Shown: positions 45,102 through 55,354, numbered from the stretch's first letter. The stretch: DNA of 64,000 nucleotides from Thermodesulfobacteriota bacterium (GCA_040754335.1 JBFMCV010000006.1:10964-74963); one strand, 5' to 3'. The notes: generated by a model not told the origin, from the sequence alone. Numbers and translations: made by a program.

Positions 45102-47543
45102 CTATTTCTCGTTCGAGTTGTTCGATTTCTTGGGCGCGAGCTGCTTCCCGAATTTCCTGTAGTCCTCGGCGAACTCCCTCAACTTCTTGTCCACGAGGTA
45201 GTTTATGCTGCCCCTTTTGAACTTCCCGCTCGGCCCCCTCGCCCCCGCTTCTTTCCCCGTCATGATCTCGATCGCCTGGTCGATCGTCTCGACCGGGTAA
45301 ATGTGGAATTTCCCGTGCTTGACCGCTTCCACGACGGTCTTCTTGAGCATCAGGTTCTTCACGTTCTGGTAGGGGATAACGACCCCCTGCTCGCCCGTGA
45401 TGCCTTTAGCCTTGCACACGTCGAAGAACCCCTCTACCTTTTCGTTTACACCGCCTATGGGCTGTACCTGGCCCTTCTGGTTCACCGAGCCCGTGATAGC
45501 AAGGCCCTGTTTTATGGGGACGCCCGAGAGGCTCGACAGCAGCACTATCAGCTCGGCGGCCGACGCGCTGTCCCCGTCTATAGTTTCGTAGCTCTGCTCG
45601 AACCCTATGCTTGCCGAAAGGCTCAAGGGCTTGTTCTGCGCGTACTTGGCTCCTAAGTACCCGCTCAGTATCAGGACGCCCTTATCGTGGATGTTGCCGC
45701 TCATCCTCGATTTCCTTTCTATATTCACGACCCCTTCCGTGCCCATGAAGGTCTCGCACGTTATGCGTGACGGTTTGCCGAACGCATAGTCCCCCATGTT
45801 ATACACCGCGAGGCCGTTTATCTGACCCGTGACCGTGCCTTCCGTATCGACGAGCAATATCCCTTTCGCGATGAGCTCCTGGATTTTCTCCTCGACCATA
45901 TTCGACCTGTAGATCTTTTCCTCGATCGCCTTCTCCACGTGAGGGCGCTTTGTGAGCCCGTCCGAGCTTTCGAGCTTCGCCCAGTAGTCGGCTTCTTTCA
46001 GTATCTTGGTTATGGAGCCGAGCTGTACCGAAAGCTTCCGCTGGTCCCCCGACAGCCTCGATGAATACTCGATCACGGTTTCGAGTCCGCTCCTGTCGAA
46101 CGGGTTCAAGTTGTCTCTCTCGCATATCGACTTTATGAAGCAGGAGTACTGGGAGAGCGTAGCGTCGTTCCTGTCGACTACGGTGTCGAAGTCGGCTTTC
46201 ACCTTGAAGAGTTTCCTGAAGTCTTCATCGTATGCGTACAGCATTTGATAGAGGTACGAGTTTCCCGCGATTATCACCTTCACGTCGAGCTTTATGGGCT
46301 CCGGTCTCAGTCCTATTGTGCTCGAATACCCGAACTGCTGATATATATCCTCTATCCTCAGCTCCTGGTTCTCAATGGCTTTCTTGAGCGAGTCCCATAC
46401 GAAGGGGAATTTGAACATATCGAGCGCTTCGAGCACGACGTAGCCGCCGTTCGCCTTGGCTAGAGAACCCGGTCGAATCATCGTGAAGTCCGTGAACAGC
46501 GCTCCGAACCTCGCCTCTTTCTCTATAGAGCCGAAGAGGTTCGTGTACGTAGGGTGCGTTTCGAATATTACAGGCGCCCCCTCCGTGAGCGAATTGTCTA
46601 TGAACACGTTGACCTTGTATTCCGTGAACGTCGGCTGCTGCTGTGCCGGCATTCTGAACGCGAACGGCAGCCCGGCCGGCTGTGCGCTCTTGTCGGGGAG
46701 GAAGTTGTCTATGTTCTCGAGGATGTGCTTCTGGACCTGGTCCAGATAATCGATAATTACCGGAAACATCTGATATTTCTCGCTCAGGTCTTCGATAAGG
46801 TCGCGGACCGCGAAGAGGGCGACACGTCTTTCGAGCTCCTTCAGCCTCTCGACGGCCTCGTTTTCTATTTTCCGGGCCTCTTTCAAGGCCTCCGCGACCT
46901 CGTTGTCGGTCTTTTCCTTCCTGTTTATAATTTCGTCCTTGGCCTCGTCGTTAAGCGCATTGTACTGCTCCTGGGATATCGGCTTCCCCTCCATGAGCGG
47001 GATAGTTATTATCCCCGTCGGGGAGAATTGTATCTGTATGTTATTCCCGGCGGCCTTTTTCTGCAGCTCCTCGAAGAGGACGTTCTTTTTCCTCTGGGAC
47101 TCGTTCATGATGCTCTGCTTCTGCTCCTCGAACTCCTTGCTCTCGAAAGCCCTCGGTATGTCCGTCTTCAGTATCTGGAGAAAGTCCTCCATGTCCTTTC
47201 TGAAGAGCTTCCCCTTTCCCGTCGGGAGCTCGATCGCCTTGGGCTCGTTCGGGTCGAGGAAGTTGTATACATAGCACCAGTCTTTAGGGGTAGGCTTCGT
47301 TTTTGCGACTCTCGACAGGATTGTCTCTATCGTCGTCGATTTCCCCACCCCTGTCGGTCCGACGAGGAAAATATTGTATTCCGCGTAGCCCATCCCTATG
47401 CCGAATTCTATCGATTCGACGGCCCTTTTCTGGCCGATGAAGTCCGTGCACGGCGGCAGGTCTTCCGTAGTCTTGAAGTTAAGCTGGCTAAGGTCGCAAT
47501 ACATGTAAACCTGCGAGACCTTCAGTTCCTGAACCTTTCTCAT
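45102..47543 (-). CDS. Lon-like protease of the LonC type (AAA+-like domain with a large insertion plus an S16 protease domain).
   Basis: The protein is 813 aa. It has Walker A FLVGPTGVGKST at ~residue 60. A degenerate Walker B-like GGYVVLEALD sits ~300 aa later. The C-terminal S16 domain has the Ser-Lys dyad region GDSASAAELIVLLSSLSGVPIKQGLAITGSVNQKGQVQPIGGVNEK. Confidence 0.8.
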   Translation of the reverse strand: MRKVQELKVSQVYMYCDLSQLNFKTTEDLPPCTDFIGQKRAVESIEFGIGMGYAEYNIFLVGPTGVGKSTTIETILSRVAKTKPTPKDWCYVYNFLDPNEPKAIELPTGKGKLFRKDMEDFLQILKTDIPRAFESKEFEEQKQSIMNESQRKKNVLFEELQKKAAGNNIQIQFSPTGIITIPLMEGKPISQEQYNALNDEAKDEIINRKEKTDNEVAEALKEARKIENEAVERLKELERRVALFAVRDLIEDLSEKYQMFPVIIDYLDQVQKHILENIDNFLPDKSAQPAGLPFAFRMPAQQQPTFTEYKVNVFIDNSLTEGAPVIFETHPTYTNLFGSIEKEARFGALFTDFTMIRPGSLAKANGGYVVLEALDMFKFPFVWDSLKKAIENQELRIEDIYQQFGYSSTIGLRPEPIKLDVKVIIAGNSYLYQMLYAYDEDFRKLFKVKADFDTVVDRNDATLSQYSCFIKSICERDNLNPFDRSGLETVIEYSSRLSGDQRKLSVQLGSITKILKEADYWAKLESSDGLTKRPHVEKAIEEKIYRSNMVEEKIQELIAKGILLVDTEGTVTGQINGLAVYNMGDYAFGKPSRITCETFMGTEGVVNIERKSRMSGNIHDKGVLILSGYLGAKYAQNKPLSLSASIGFEQSYETIDGDSASAAELIVLLSSLSGVPIKQGLAITGSVNQKGQVQPIGGVNEKVEGFFDVCKAKGITGEQGVVIPYQNVKNLMLKKTVVEAVKHGKFHIYPVETIDQAIEIMTGKEAGARGPSGKFKRGSINYLVDKKLREFAEDYRKFGKQLAPKKSNNSNEK

Positions 47544-47871
47544 CGGTATTCCCCTTTGTGGAGGTTATTCCCCTGTATGAATATTAATACGAAATCCGGG
47601 AGAAATATTACCATCCCGCGATTTCCCGTTCAAAGCCGTAAAATCCGTTGTCTTTATTCGGGTGTATCCAGATTATTCTGTATTTACGGTAAATACGCAA
47701 GTACTTTTAACCCCGCTCCGGAAGCGCGGTCTTCCGTGTCCGGATAAAAGAAGGCGCAGGAACGGGCTTCGGGGTGCGAAGGATCACGGGATGAACGGTC
47801 CTCCCGGCGGTTCCTTTTAAAAATTACCATTTTGTTTATTATTATTGCCTGCCTGACACGGGGGGATTCGT

Positions 47872-48870
47872 TTGAGAACATTTAACGTACTGGCGGTACT
47901 TTCAGCGGCTGTAATTGTTCTGTCGTGCGCTTCGTCCGGCCCGAGATACGACGCCGAGACCGGGAAGGGGCCGCTCTTCCCCGTGGAAAAAGAGTTCCGG
48001 TGGGGGTTCATTGACGGGAAAGGTGATATCGTAATACCCTACAAATACGAAGGCGCGGTCGATTTCTCGGAGGACAGGGCGCTCGTCAAGGTCGACGGCA
48101 AATGGGGGTATATAAACCAGTTCGGAATCATGGTCATAACGCCCGAGTTCGAGGAGGCGCAGAAATTCTCGGGAGGGCTCGCCCAGGTCAAGATCGAGGG
48201 CCGTTACGGATATATAGATAAAGTGGGCAAGATTGTCTCCGAGCCCCAGTTCGAGAAATCGGAGCCGTTCTCCGAAGGACTCGCCGCCGTCAAAATCAAC
48301 GGCAGGTGGGGCTTCATCGACAAAGACGGGCAAATGGTTATCCCGCCCCGGTACGAGAGGGCGTTCAGCTTCTCGGACGGCTATGCGCTCATAGTGGTCG
48401 ACGGCAAGGGCGGGTATATAAAGAAAAACGGCAATGTCTTCATTAAACCCCAATACGAATGGGCGGAGGGGTATTCGGACGGCCTCGCCTGCGTCTTGCT
48501 CGATGGGAAATACGTTTACCTGGACAAGTTCGGCGAAGTCAAGCTGAAGACGGACTTCGAGGGAGCGAGGCATTTCAAGGAGGGCGCCGCCGCGGTCACG
48601 AGGAACGGAAAGCAGGGATTTATAAACAAGAGCGGGCTCATCATAGTCCAGCCGCAATTCGACGAGGCGGGCGATTTCTCGGAAGGGCTCGCGACTGTCA
48701 AACTCGACGGCAAATGGGGTTTCGTCAACAAGAGGGGGGAGGTCGCGATAGAGCCCCGTTACCTGACGGCGGTGAGCTTCTCGCAGGGGTTAGCTATTGT
48801 CGAGCTCGGCAACGGCAACTGGGGTTACATAGACGGGAAAGGGAATTTCGTATGGAAATCTTTCGAATAA
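47872..48870 (+). CDS. WG-repeat (KWGYI/WGFID) lipoprotein.
   Basis: It has a signal peptide plus lipobox (VLSCAS). There are ~9 tandem ~35-aa repeats of (K/R)WG(Y/F)I(D/N)KxGxxVIxPxYE.AxxFSEGLA. Confidence 0.75.
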   Translation: MRTFNVLAVLSAAVIVLSCASSGPRYDAETGKGPLFPVEKEFRWGFIDGKGDIVIPYKYEGAVDFSEDRALVKVDGKWGYINQFGIMVITPEFEEAQKFSGGLAQVKIEGRYGYIDKVGKIVSEPQFEKSEPFSEGLAAVKINGRWGFIDKDGQMVIPPRYERAFSFSDGYALIVVDGKGGYIKKNGNVFIKPQYEWAEGYSDGLACVLLDGKYVYLDKFGEVKLKTDFEGARHFKEGAAAVTRNGKQGFINKSGLIIVQPQFDEAGDFSEGLATVKLDGKWGFVNKRGEVAIEPRYLTAVSFSQGLAIVELGNGNWGYIDGKGNFVWKSFE

Positions 48871-48895
48871 TAGATATGCGTCGTCATGCCGCGCT

Positions 48896-49837
48896 TCACC
48901 CCGCGCCCAGCTTCTGGGCCTTTTCCTCGGCCAGGCCCGCATCCCCGTCTCCGTTCTGCGCAGGCTTAAGTAATCCGCCGGTCGAGCCCAGTATCATGGC
49001 TATACCCGCGAGAGTCGTGATCTGAAACGCGTGCTGCCAGATCAGGAGGTCGTATCCGGCCGAGAACCCGACTCTCATGAAACCGGCCGAGGCGACGCCC
49101 GGGGCCTCCCCGATGGAAAAAGCCTTCGTCATGGCGAGCTGCCCGACGGTCCCGAAAACGCCTATGCCTGCGAGCATGAGGAGGTTCGCGGGTTTCTCCA
49201 TGAACGAAAAATCGAATTCCCTCCCGAGTATGAGGATAAGCAGCAGGCACACCGCGGCCGCAGTGCCAGAGAAATGCGTGACGATCGTCCTCGGATCGAT
49301 GTCCCTCAGCTTCCTCAGGAGCACCATCACGAGAGCGCCTGAGAGGGCGGCGAAGAGCGCCGCTAGCCCGGCCGCGTTCTGGTCGCGGAGGTGCGCATGC
49401 TCGACGAGTACGACCCCCGTCATGCCGAGGATTATGGACAGCCATATCCTTTTACTCGTCGTTTCGCCGAGGAGGAATCCCGCAAGTATTGCCACCCAGA
49501 TCGGTCTTGATTCCGTTATGACCGCAACGTCCGAGATGGGGAGCTTTGTGAGCGCATAGAAGGTCGCGATCATCGCCGAGCAGCCGACTATGCTCCTCAC
49601 CCAGAGCAGCGGCCTGTCGAAGAGGAATGGTTTGAGTCCCGCCCGGCGCGTAAGGACGAGCGCTATCACGAAAGACATGAACATCCTGAGGAACGCCAGA
49701 ATAAGCCAATCGCACTCGCTGCCTAGCGCGTGTATGAGGGCCCCCATGGTCGCGAAGTCGAAGCCTCCCAGTATCATCCAGAAGACGGCCTTGTTGTTTG
49801 CTGACTTTAGGCCTTTCAAGCTTTTTCTAATATTCAT
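48896..49837 (-). CDS. DMT-superfamily (EamA-like) transporter.
   Basis: It is 313 aa with 10 TM helices in a 5+5 pattern. Confidence 0.7.
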   Translation of the reverse strand: MNIRKSLKGLKSANNKAVFWMILGGFDFATMGALIHALGSECDWLILAFLRMFMSFVIALVLTRRAGLKPFLFDRPLLWVRSIVGCSAMIATFYALTKLPISDVAVITESRPIWVAILAGFLLGETTSKRIWLSIILGMTGVVLVEHAHLRDQNAAGLAALFAALSGALVMVLLRKLRDIDPRTIVTHFSGTAAAVCLLLILILGREFDFSFMEKPANLLMLAGIGVFGTVGQLAMTKAFSIGEAPGVASAGFMRVGFSAGYDLLIWQHAFQITTLAGIAMILGSTGGLLKPAQNGDGDAGLAEEKAQKLGAG

Positions 49838-49961
49838 CCGGTCCCGCTTGCTGCCGAGTGTGTTTTCCTGGTTCCGATTAGCCTTCGTTTTCCCGGGCCT
49901 GGAGTGATCGAAGGGTTCCCGAAAGTATATTAATAATATACCCGAGTGCCGGGGCCCAGTG

Positions 49962-50765
49962 TTAAATAAGGAGATTGTCGTGGTCCCCGAGGAACCTCAT
50001 GACTATCTCATTGAATTCGTCCGGTTTCTCGATCGGTGGGACGTGTCCGCAGTGCTTGATCGTGACGAGGGTCGAGTTCTTTATTTTCTCCCTCAGGATC
50101 CTCGAATATTTGACCGGTATCAGTATGTCCTCCTCGCCTGCTATTATGAGCGTGGGCGCCTTTATTTCCGAGACGCGGTCGCGAAGGTCGTGGTTCCTGC
50201 TCGCTTTCGAGAGGTTGACGACCGGCTTCACGGGGTTCAGCGCCAGATTGAACTCCTTCATGGCCATCATCCTGTCGAGGTTCTGTTTCGTGAACTCTTC
50301 GGAAAAGAGGTACGGGAGGGCGACGTCGTATCTGAGCCCGCTCCCGCCCGCCTCGGCTGACTTTATCCACGACGTGATGATGAGCCCGAGGAGCGTATCC
50401 ACGTATGAGCACGTATCCACGAGCACGAGCGCTCCTGTTTTCTCCGGATGGCGCAGGGCGAAATGCTGCGCTATCATGCCGCCGTTCGAGAGGCCGATTA
50501 TGTGAGCTTTCGGTATGTCCAGCTTCTCCATAAGCATGCGGAGGTCGTCCGCGTGCAGTTCCTGTGAATACTCGGTCTCAGGCTTGTCCGATCCCCCCTG
50601 GCCCCTGCAGTCATATCTCAGCATCCTGTACTTTCTGCTGAATGGCTCCACCTGGAGCAGCCATCCGTTAAGATCCATGGTCAGGCCGTTGATGAAAACC
50701 ACGGGCGGCCCGTAGCCCGATATCTCGTACTGGAGCTCTATCGAATCAATGTTTACTCTGGGCAT
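49962..50765 (-). CDS. Alpha/beta-fold hydrolase.
   Basis: It has VVFINGL (oxyanion region), the nucleophile IIGLSNGG, and a C-terminal His in GHVPP. Confidence 0.8.
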   Translation of the reverse strand: MPRVNIDSIELQYEISGYGPPVVFINGLTMDLNGWLLQVEPFSRKYRMLRYDCRGQGGSDKPETEYSQELHADDLRMLMEKLDIPKAHIIGLSNGGMIAQHFALRHPEKTGALVLVDTCSYVDTLLGLIITSWIKSAEAGGSGLRYDVALPYLFSEEFTKQNLDRMMAMKEFNLALNPVKPVVNLSKASRNHDLRDRVSEIKAPTLIIAGEEDILIPVKYSRILREKIKNSTLVTIKHCGHVPPIEKPDEFNEIVMRFLGDHDNLLI

Positions 50766-51585
50766 GCTTCCCTGACGCTGTCGGCGCGTCCTTTAAAAGG
50801 TCCCTCAGGTCCCTTATGACATAGTCGGGTTTGATTTCGGAAATTATCAGGTCCTCTTCGGTAGTGGAGCCCGAAAGCGCGAGTACCGTCGCTATGCCCG
50901 CGTTCCTCCCCCCCTGGACGTCGGTATCGAGACGGTCTCCCACTATCGCGAACCTGTCTCTGTCCCTGTGCAGATGCTCGGCTAAGGCCACTTCGAACAT
51001 TATCACTTCCGGCTTGCCCGCCACGACGGCCTTCCTCCCGCATGCGGTCTCTATCGATGCGAGCACCGCCCCTGTCGCAGGCACCAGTCCCTCGGGCGCG
51101 GGGAAAGCAGGGTCGCGGTTCGTCGCGAAGAACTCCGCCCCTCCGCGTACCGCAAGGGCCGCTATTTTCATCTCCTCGTAATGGAAATCCGGGTGGCCGC
51201 CGACTATGACGAAGTCAGCCTTCTTTGCTTCCTCTCCGCTTACGATCTCAAGCCCCGTGAGCTTTATTTCGTCCTTGAGCGAGCCGCTCCCGACGACGTA
51301 CGCTTTTTTGTCCTTTATGTCAGTGTGCGTGTTCCTGATATGGTATGCGATCGCCATCCCGGAAGTGACGACGTCTCCCGGATTTATCACGATCCCCATC
51401 CCGCGGAGCTTCTCCGAATATTCCGCAGCTGACTTTCTCGGGTCGTTGGTCAGGAAAATCACGATTTTTCCGGCTTTCTTCAGGAGGTTTATCGTTTCGA
51501 CGGAGCCCTCGGTCGGGCTATCGCCCACGTACACCACGCCGTCGAGGTCGATGAGGAAACAGTCGAATAGGTCAGCGAGTCTCAT
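50746..51585 (-). CDS. HAD-IIA family hydrolase (NagD-like).
   Basis: It has FLIDLDGVVY (motif I), LTND (motif II), and GDRLDTD (motif IV). Confidence 0.8.
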   Translation of the reverse strand: MRLADLFDCFLIDLDGVVYVGDSPTEGSVETINLLKKAGKIVIFLTNDPRKSAAEYSEKLRGMGIVINPGDVVTSGMAIAYHIRNTHTDIKDKKAYVVGSGSLKDEIKLTGLEIVSGEEAKKADFVIVGGHPDFHYEEMKIAALAVRGGAEFFATNRDPAFPAPEGLVPATGAVLASIETACGRKAVVAGKPEVIMFEVALAEHLHRDRDRFAIVGDRLDTDVQGGRNAGIATVLALSGSTTEEDLIISEIKPDYVIRDLRDLLKDAPTASGKHAQSKH

Positions 51586-51645
51586 TGAGGTTAGTCGAGA
51601 GGGGGAAATGTGCCGATATTATCCGAATCTCTTCAGCCGCGGAAA

Positions 51646-51969
51646 TCAACCCCAGATATGCCTTTTAAGCTCTTCCTGCTTGTCGTCTCCGGATTCTTTT
51701 CTGAAAAGCGATATAACCCTCATCTGGTCGTCCTGCGAGATCTCCACTCCGATCAGGTTCAGGATGTCCACGGCCGCCTGCCTGTAACCCTCGTAGTATT
51801 CTTCCACCTCCCCCGACGCCCTTACCGTCTTGGAGTCGAGGAAAAGCGCTATCGCGGCGTATTCAAGCGGCACGTCATCGGCTATCTCCAGATGGTATCC
51901 CTCCATATGGCCGACGAGCAGGTGGTTCTTCCAGGCCTGAATGACTCTCTCTATGTCTTCCTTCTTCAT
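51646..51969 (-). CDS. Hypothetical acidic 107-aa protein.
   Basis: The ORF is intact. It sits between the HAD gene and the PTS cluster. I could assign no motif. Confidence 0.35.
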   Translation of the reverse strand: MKKEDIERVIQAWKNHLLVGHMEGYHLEIADDVPLEYAAIALFLDSKTVRASGEVEEYYEGYRQAAVDILNLIGVEISQDDQMRVISLFRKESGDDKQEELKRHIWG

Positions 51970-52104
51970 AACAATAACCTAACTACTATTCCCAAGCCGT
52001 TCAAGTGCACGGGACCGGGGCGAATGGGCACGGCCCGTTATCCCGGACCGCCCCCGTCATAGCGGATCTTCCCCGCCGGCTCATGCAATCGGCAGCCGCC
52101 CCTC

Positions 52105-52518
52105 TCAGCCGTTCCTGTTGTGCAGGAGCTTGCTGGCGACGATTATGTTGTCCCTGCCGGCAGCCTCGGCTATCTTGACGGCCTCGCCCAGCTTGACCTT
52201 GTCCGAAAGCGTGGCGAGCTTGAGGAGCATCGGCAGGTTGACGCCTGAGATGACCTCGACGTTGTTTTCTTCGAGGAATGTAAGGCTGATGTTGGAAGGC
52301 GTCCCTCCGAACATGTCCGTCACGAGTAGTATTCCGTCTTTCCCCTTCACCCTTTTGATCGCGTTCTTTATCTCCTGCTTGAAGGTCTCGAACTCCCTGT
52401 CGGGATGGAGACAGACCCCTTCCATCTTTACCGGCGGGTTCGACGAGAGCACGAAATTCACCGCCGCGATAAGCTCCTTTGCCAGCTCTCCATGGGTTAC
52501 TACGACAATACCTACCAT
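52105..52518 (-). CDS. PTS EIIA component, mannose/fructose family.
   Basis: It has MVGIVVVTHGELAKEL with the phospho-His. It is 137 aa. Confidence 0.8.
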   Translation of the reverse strand: MVGIVVVTHGELAKELIAAVNFVLSSNPPVKMEGVCLHPDREFETFKQEIKNAIKRVKGKDGILLVTDMFGGTPSNISLTFLEENNVEVISGVNLPMLLKLATLSDKVKLGEAVKIAEAAGRDNIIVASKLLHNRNG

Positions 52519-52531
52519 CCCGATTATCTCC

Positions 52532-53383
52532 TTAGCTCTTTGATATGTCCCTGTGTATCGTGACCGGCGACAGGTGTTTGAAATGTTCGGACAGTTTTTT
52601 TGCGACGACCACCGACCTGTGCTTCCCGCCCGTGCAGCCTATGGCAATCGTTAGGTAAGTTCTTCCCTCTTTCTCGTACTTGGGTATCAGGAATTCGAGG
52701 AACTCCGTGAGTTTTTCGATATACTCGCCCGTTTCCTCTCTGCTCATAACAAAACGAACGATCTGGTCGTCGAGGCCGTTCAGCTCCTTGAGCTCCTCGA
52801 CAAAGAAGGGATTCGGCAGGAATCTCACGTCGAAGACCATGTCGGCGTCATAGGGATAGCCGTGCTTGAAGCCGAAGGACAGTATGTTGACGAGGAGGCT
52901 TTGGGTACGCGATTTGTCGAATATGTTTTTTATCAGCTCCTTGAGCTCGTGTACGTTGAAATCGGAAGTGTCTATGCTGTAGCTCGACAGCTCTTTCAGC
53001 TCCCTCAGCATTTCCCTCTCTTTCGATATTCCTTCGAGTATGTTTCCGTTGACCGAAAGCGGGTGTTTCCTCCGGGTTTCCTTGTATCTCCTGACGAGCG
53101 CCGAGTCCGACGAGTCGAGGAAGACGACGTCAATAGGATGGCCCTTCTCCTTGAGGTCCTTGATAACTTCGGGCGCCCCCTTGAAAAAAACCCCCTCGCG
53201 TATGTCCACGGCAAGGGCTATTTTGTTGATATCTCCCTGCGAACTCTCGCAGAGCTCGATAAACTTCGGAAGGAGTGTCATGGGCAGGTTGTCGACGCAG
53301 TAATAACCGAGGTCTTCGAGGACGTTCATTGCGGTGCTTTTTCCGGAGCCGGAGACGCCGCTGATGATAACCAGATTAGTCAT
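52532..53383 (-). CDS. rapZ: RNase adapter protein RapZ (YhbJ).
   Basis: It has LVIISGVSGSGKSTA...YYCVDNLP, and a C-terminal GCTGGKHRSV. Confidence 0.9.
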   Translation of the reverse strand: MTNLVIISGVSGSGKSTAMNVLEDLGYYCVDNLPMTLLPKFIELCESSQGDINKIALAVDIREGVFFKGAPEVIKDLKEKGHPIDVVFLDSSDSALVRRYKETRRKHPLSVNGNILEGISKEREMLRELKELSSYSIDTSDFNVHELKELIKNIFDKSRTQSLLVNILSFGFKHGYPYDADMVFDVRFLPNPFFVEELKELNGLDDQIVRFVMSREETGEYIEKLTEFLEFLIPKYEKEGRTYLTIAIGCTGGKHRSVVVAKKLSEHFKHLSPVTIHRDISKS

Positions 53384-53413
53384 TTAATTCCTTATTGGGC
53401 GGCGTGCCGATGT

Positions 53414-54337
53414 TCAAGTGTCAAAACTGCGGGGCGAGTGTACGCCGCTCATTTTCAGCAATTGGTTTCGTGCCGCTACTTCTATTATGGTAGCCGTGTT
53501 CCTGCCGGGGCTTACGGGAATGACCAGATGGGGGAGTTGTACGCCGAGGATGCTGTAGCTGCCGGTTTCGATCCCGAGCCTGTCGTATTCCGTGCCCGGA
53601 TCCCACTGAACAAGCTCTATAACCATGTCGATCTCTCTCTTGTCCATGACCGATGTCGTCCCGAACAGGTCCTTTATATTAATTATACCTACACCTCTCA
53701 CTTCCATAAGGTGTTTGATGCGTTCGGGCCCGTTTCCGACAAGCTTCGATATCCCGACTTTTCTTATCTCGACGATATCGTCAGAGATGAGTTTAGAACC
53801 TCTGTTTATTAAGTCAAGAGCACACTCGCTTTTACCTATACCGCTCTTTCCGAGTATCAAAACCCCGAGCCTGTGTATGTCCATAAGCACCCCGTGGACG
53901 GTCGCAAAAGGGGCGAGCCTCACCTCCAGTATCTCCTGGAGGAGCGATATAAGCTTGCCTGTATAGAGCTTGGTCGTAAAAAGAGGGATGTCCCTCCTGT
54001 TGCAGGACGCTTTGAGCGCCTCGTCGGGCTCGAGCTCTTTTGAAATTATGAAGCAGGGGACGTTCTGGAACGAGAGGCTCTTGGTCACGCTCTCTTTTTC
54101 GCCCCCCTTGAGCCTTTCGAAGTAAGCTATCTCGGTTTTGCCGAGTATCTGGATCGTGCCTTCTTCGAGCTTCAGGTCGGGGTCCAGAAGTTTCAATCCC
54201 GGCTTCTGTATCCTGTCCGAGTATATCTCGCGTGAGAGCCCCTTCCGGCCCGCTATCAGCTCTATCTGGAGTTCTTCGCCCCAGGTCTTGAGGAGCTCCT
54301 CGACCCTGAGCGTCGCCACGTTTTCAGAGTTTCGCAT
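53414..54337 (-). CDS. hprK: HPr kinase/phosphorylase.
   Basis: It has GVLILGKSGIGKSECALDLI (P-loop) and LEVRGVGII. Confidence 0.9.
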   Translation of the reverse strand: MRNSENVATLRVEELLKTWGEELQIELIAGRKGLSREIYSDRIQKPGLKLLDPDLKLEEGTIQILGKTEIAYFERLKGGEKESVTKSLSFQNVPCFIISKELEPDEALKASCNRRDIPLFTTKLYTGKLISLLQEILEVRLAPFATVHGVLMDIHRLGVLILGKSGIGKSECALDLINRGSKLISDDIVEIRKVGISKLVGNGPERIKHLMEVRGVGIINIKDLFGTTSVMDKREIDMVIELVQWDPGTEYDRLGIETGSYSILGVQLPHLVIPVSPGRNTATIIEVAARNQLLKMSGVHSPRSFDT

Positions 54338-54785
54338 CTTCCATGATTATGGAGTCGTATATCTCGTCCTGTGTTTCAAGCGTCATAAGCTTCGCGCGGA
54401 GCTCCGGGTTCTTGAATATCCTGGAGATCCTCGCTAAAAGCTGGATATGAGCTCCTATGGAGGTCTCGGGGGCGACGAGAATGATAAAGAGGTGAGTCAG
54501 CTTAGCGTCGAGCGAGTCGTAGTCTATGCCCTCTATGCTTCTCCCGAACCCCGCTATGATGCCCGATATGCCGCTCAGCTTGGCATGGGGTATCGCGACG
54601 CCCGAGTCCACGGCGGTGCTGCAGAGCCTTTCCCTTTCCATCAGCACTTCGATCAGCTTCTCGTCATTGATATTGGGGTAGGCGGATGCCAGATTCTCCG
54701 TGAGCTCCCTGATCACGTCCGGCTTGGATCTGGATTGAAGGTTGGGAATGACTGTTTTTCGTTCCAGCACATCGGAGATTTTCAT
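54324..54785 (-). CDS. ptsN: PTS EIIA-Ntr (nitrogen regulatory IIA).
   Basis: It has the GVAIPHAK phospho-His motif. It is 153 aa. Confidence 0.85.
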   Translation of the reverse strand: MKISDVLERKTVIPNLQSRSKPDVIRELTENLASAYPNINDEKLIEVLMERERLCSTAVDSGVAIPHAKLSGISGIIAGFGRSIEGIDYDSLDAKLTHLFIILVAPETSIGAHIQLLARISRIFKNPELRAKLMTLETQDEIYDSIIMEDAKL

Positions 54786-54802
54786 TGTGTCGCTTGCCGG
54801 TT

Positions 54803-55354
54803 TCAGGGTTCAATTAAGGTTATCTGTCCCTTTCCGTCGATGTAGAGCACGTTCATATCGTTCGAGGCGCTGTTCCGGAAGGTGACGAAGTTCGCGTCCG
54901 ACACCCGGAGCTGGAGCGATGCCTCTTCAACCGTCATGGGTTTTTCTGGCAGCTTGCGGACCCTTATATTGGTCAGGCTTCCGGCACCTCTTTCGGGAGC
55001 CGTGCCCGCGCCAGCGGCGCCTTCCTTGTTCTTCGCCCCGATCCTTCTCTTGGACTTTTTCTTCTTGTCCGTCTCTTTCTTGAGCTGCTTGATGATGATG
55101 TCGAGCGCGCTGTCGATCGCGGTGTACATGTCGGTCGTTTCGAAAGAGCTCGCGGCCTTGAGATTCTTGCTGCTTATGGATATCTCCGCCGTGTCCCTGA
55201 ACTTCTCCGCCGACAGTACGAAACTCACGTCGCAGGGGTCGTCTCCTGATTTCAGGTACCTTTCTATCCTCTTTGATTTCTTGACGGCGTAAGATTTAAG
55301 CTTTTCGGGGTCCTGATTATTGTTTATATGTCTCGTCGTTACTCTTACTCTCAT
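54803..55354 (-). CDS. hpf: Ribosome hibernation-promoting factor (long HPF / sigma54 modulation protein).
   Basis: I chose the internal start MRVRVTTRHI... (family start M.i.itgrh). A C-terminal dimerisation domain is present. The coding region overlaps the rpoN 3' end by ~38 nt. Confidence 0.8.
   Translation of the reverse strand: MRVRVTTRHINNNQDPEKLKSYAVKKSKRIERYLKSGDDPCDVSFVLSAEKFRDTAEISISSKNLKAASSFETTDMYTAIDSALDIIIKQLKKETDKKKKSKRRIGAKNKEGAAGAGTAPERGAGSLTNIRVRKLPEKPMTVEEASLQLRVSDANFVTFRNSASNDMNVLYIDGKGQITLIEP

Noticed and set aside
45102-47543. Possibility that the Lon-like protease is BrxL of a BREX defence system.
   Set aside because: No brxA/B/C, pglX or pglZ genes occur anywhere in the 64 kb. 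Its neighbours are a GATase and a WG-repeat lipoprotein. The large AAA insertion fits LonC better.
46554-47747. 397-aa plus-strand ORF antisense to the Lon-like protease; similarly 30027..30722(-), 33213..33935(-), 37417..38133(-), 40048..40629(-), 47902..48657(-), 18278..18985(+), 49077..49559(+) and 58062..58850(+).
   Set aside because: These are typical stop-codon-poor antisense frames of high-GC genes, with R/P/G/A-rich composition. Each is fully contained in a confidently assigned gene on the other strand.
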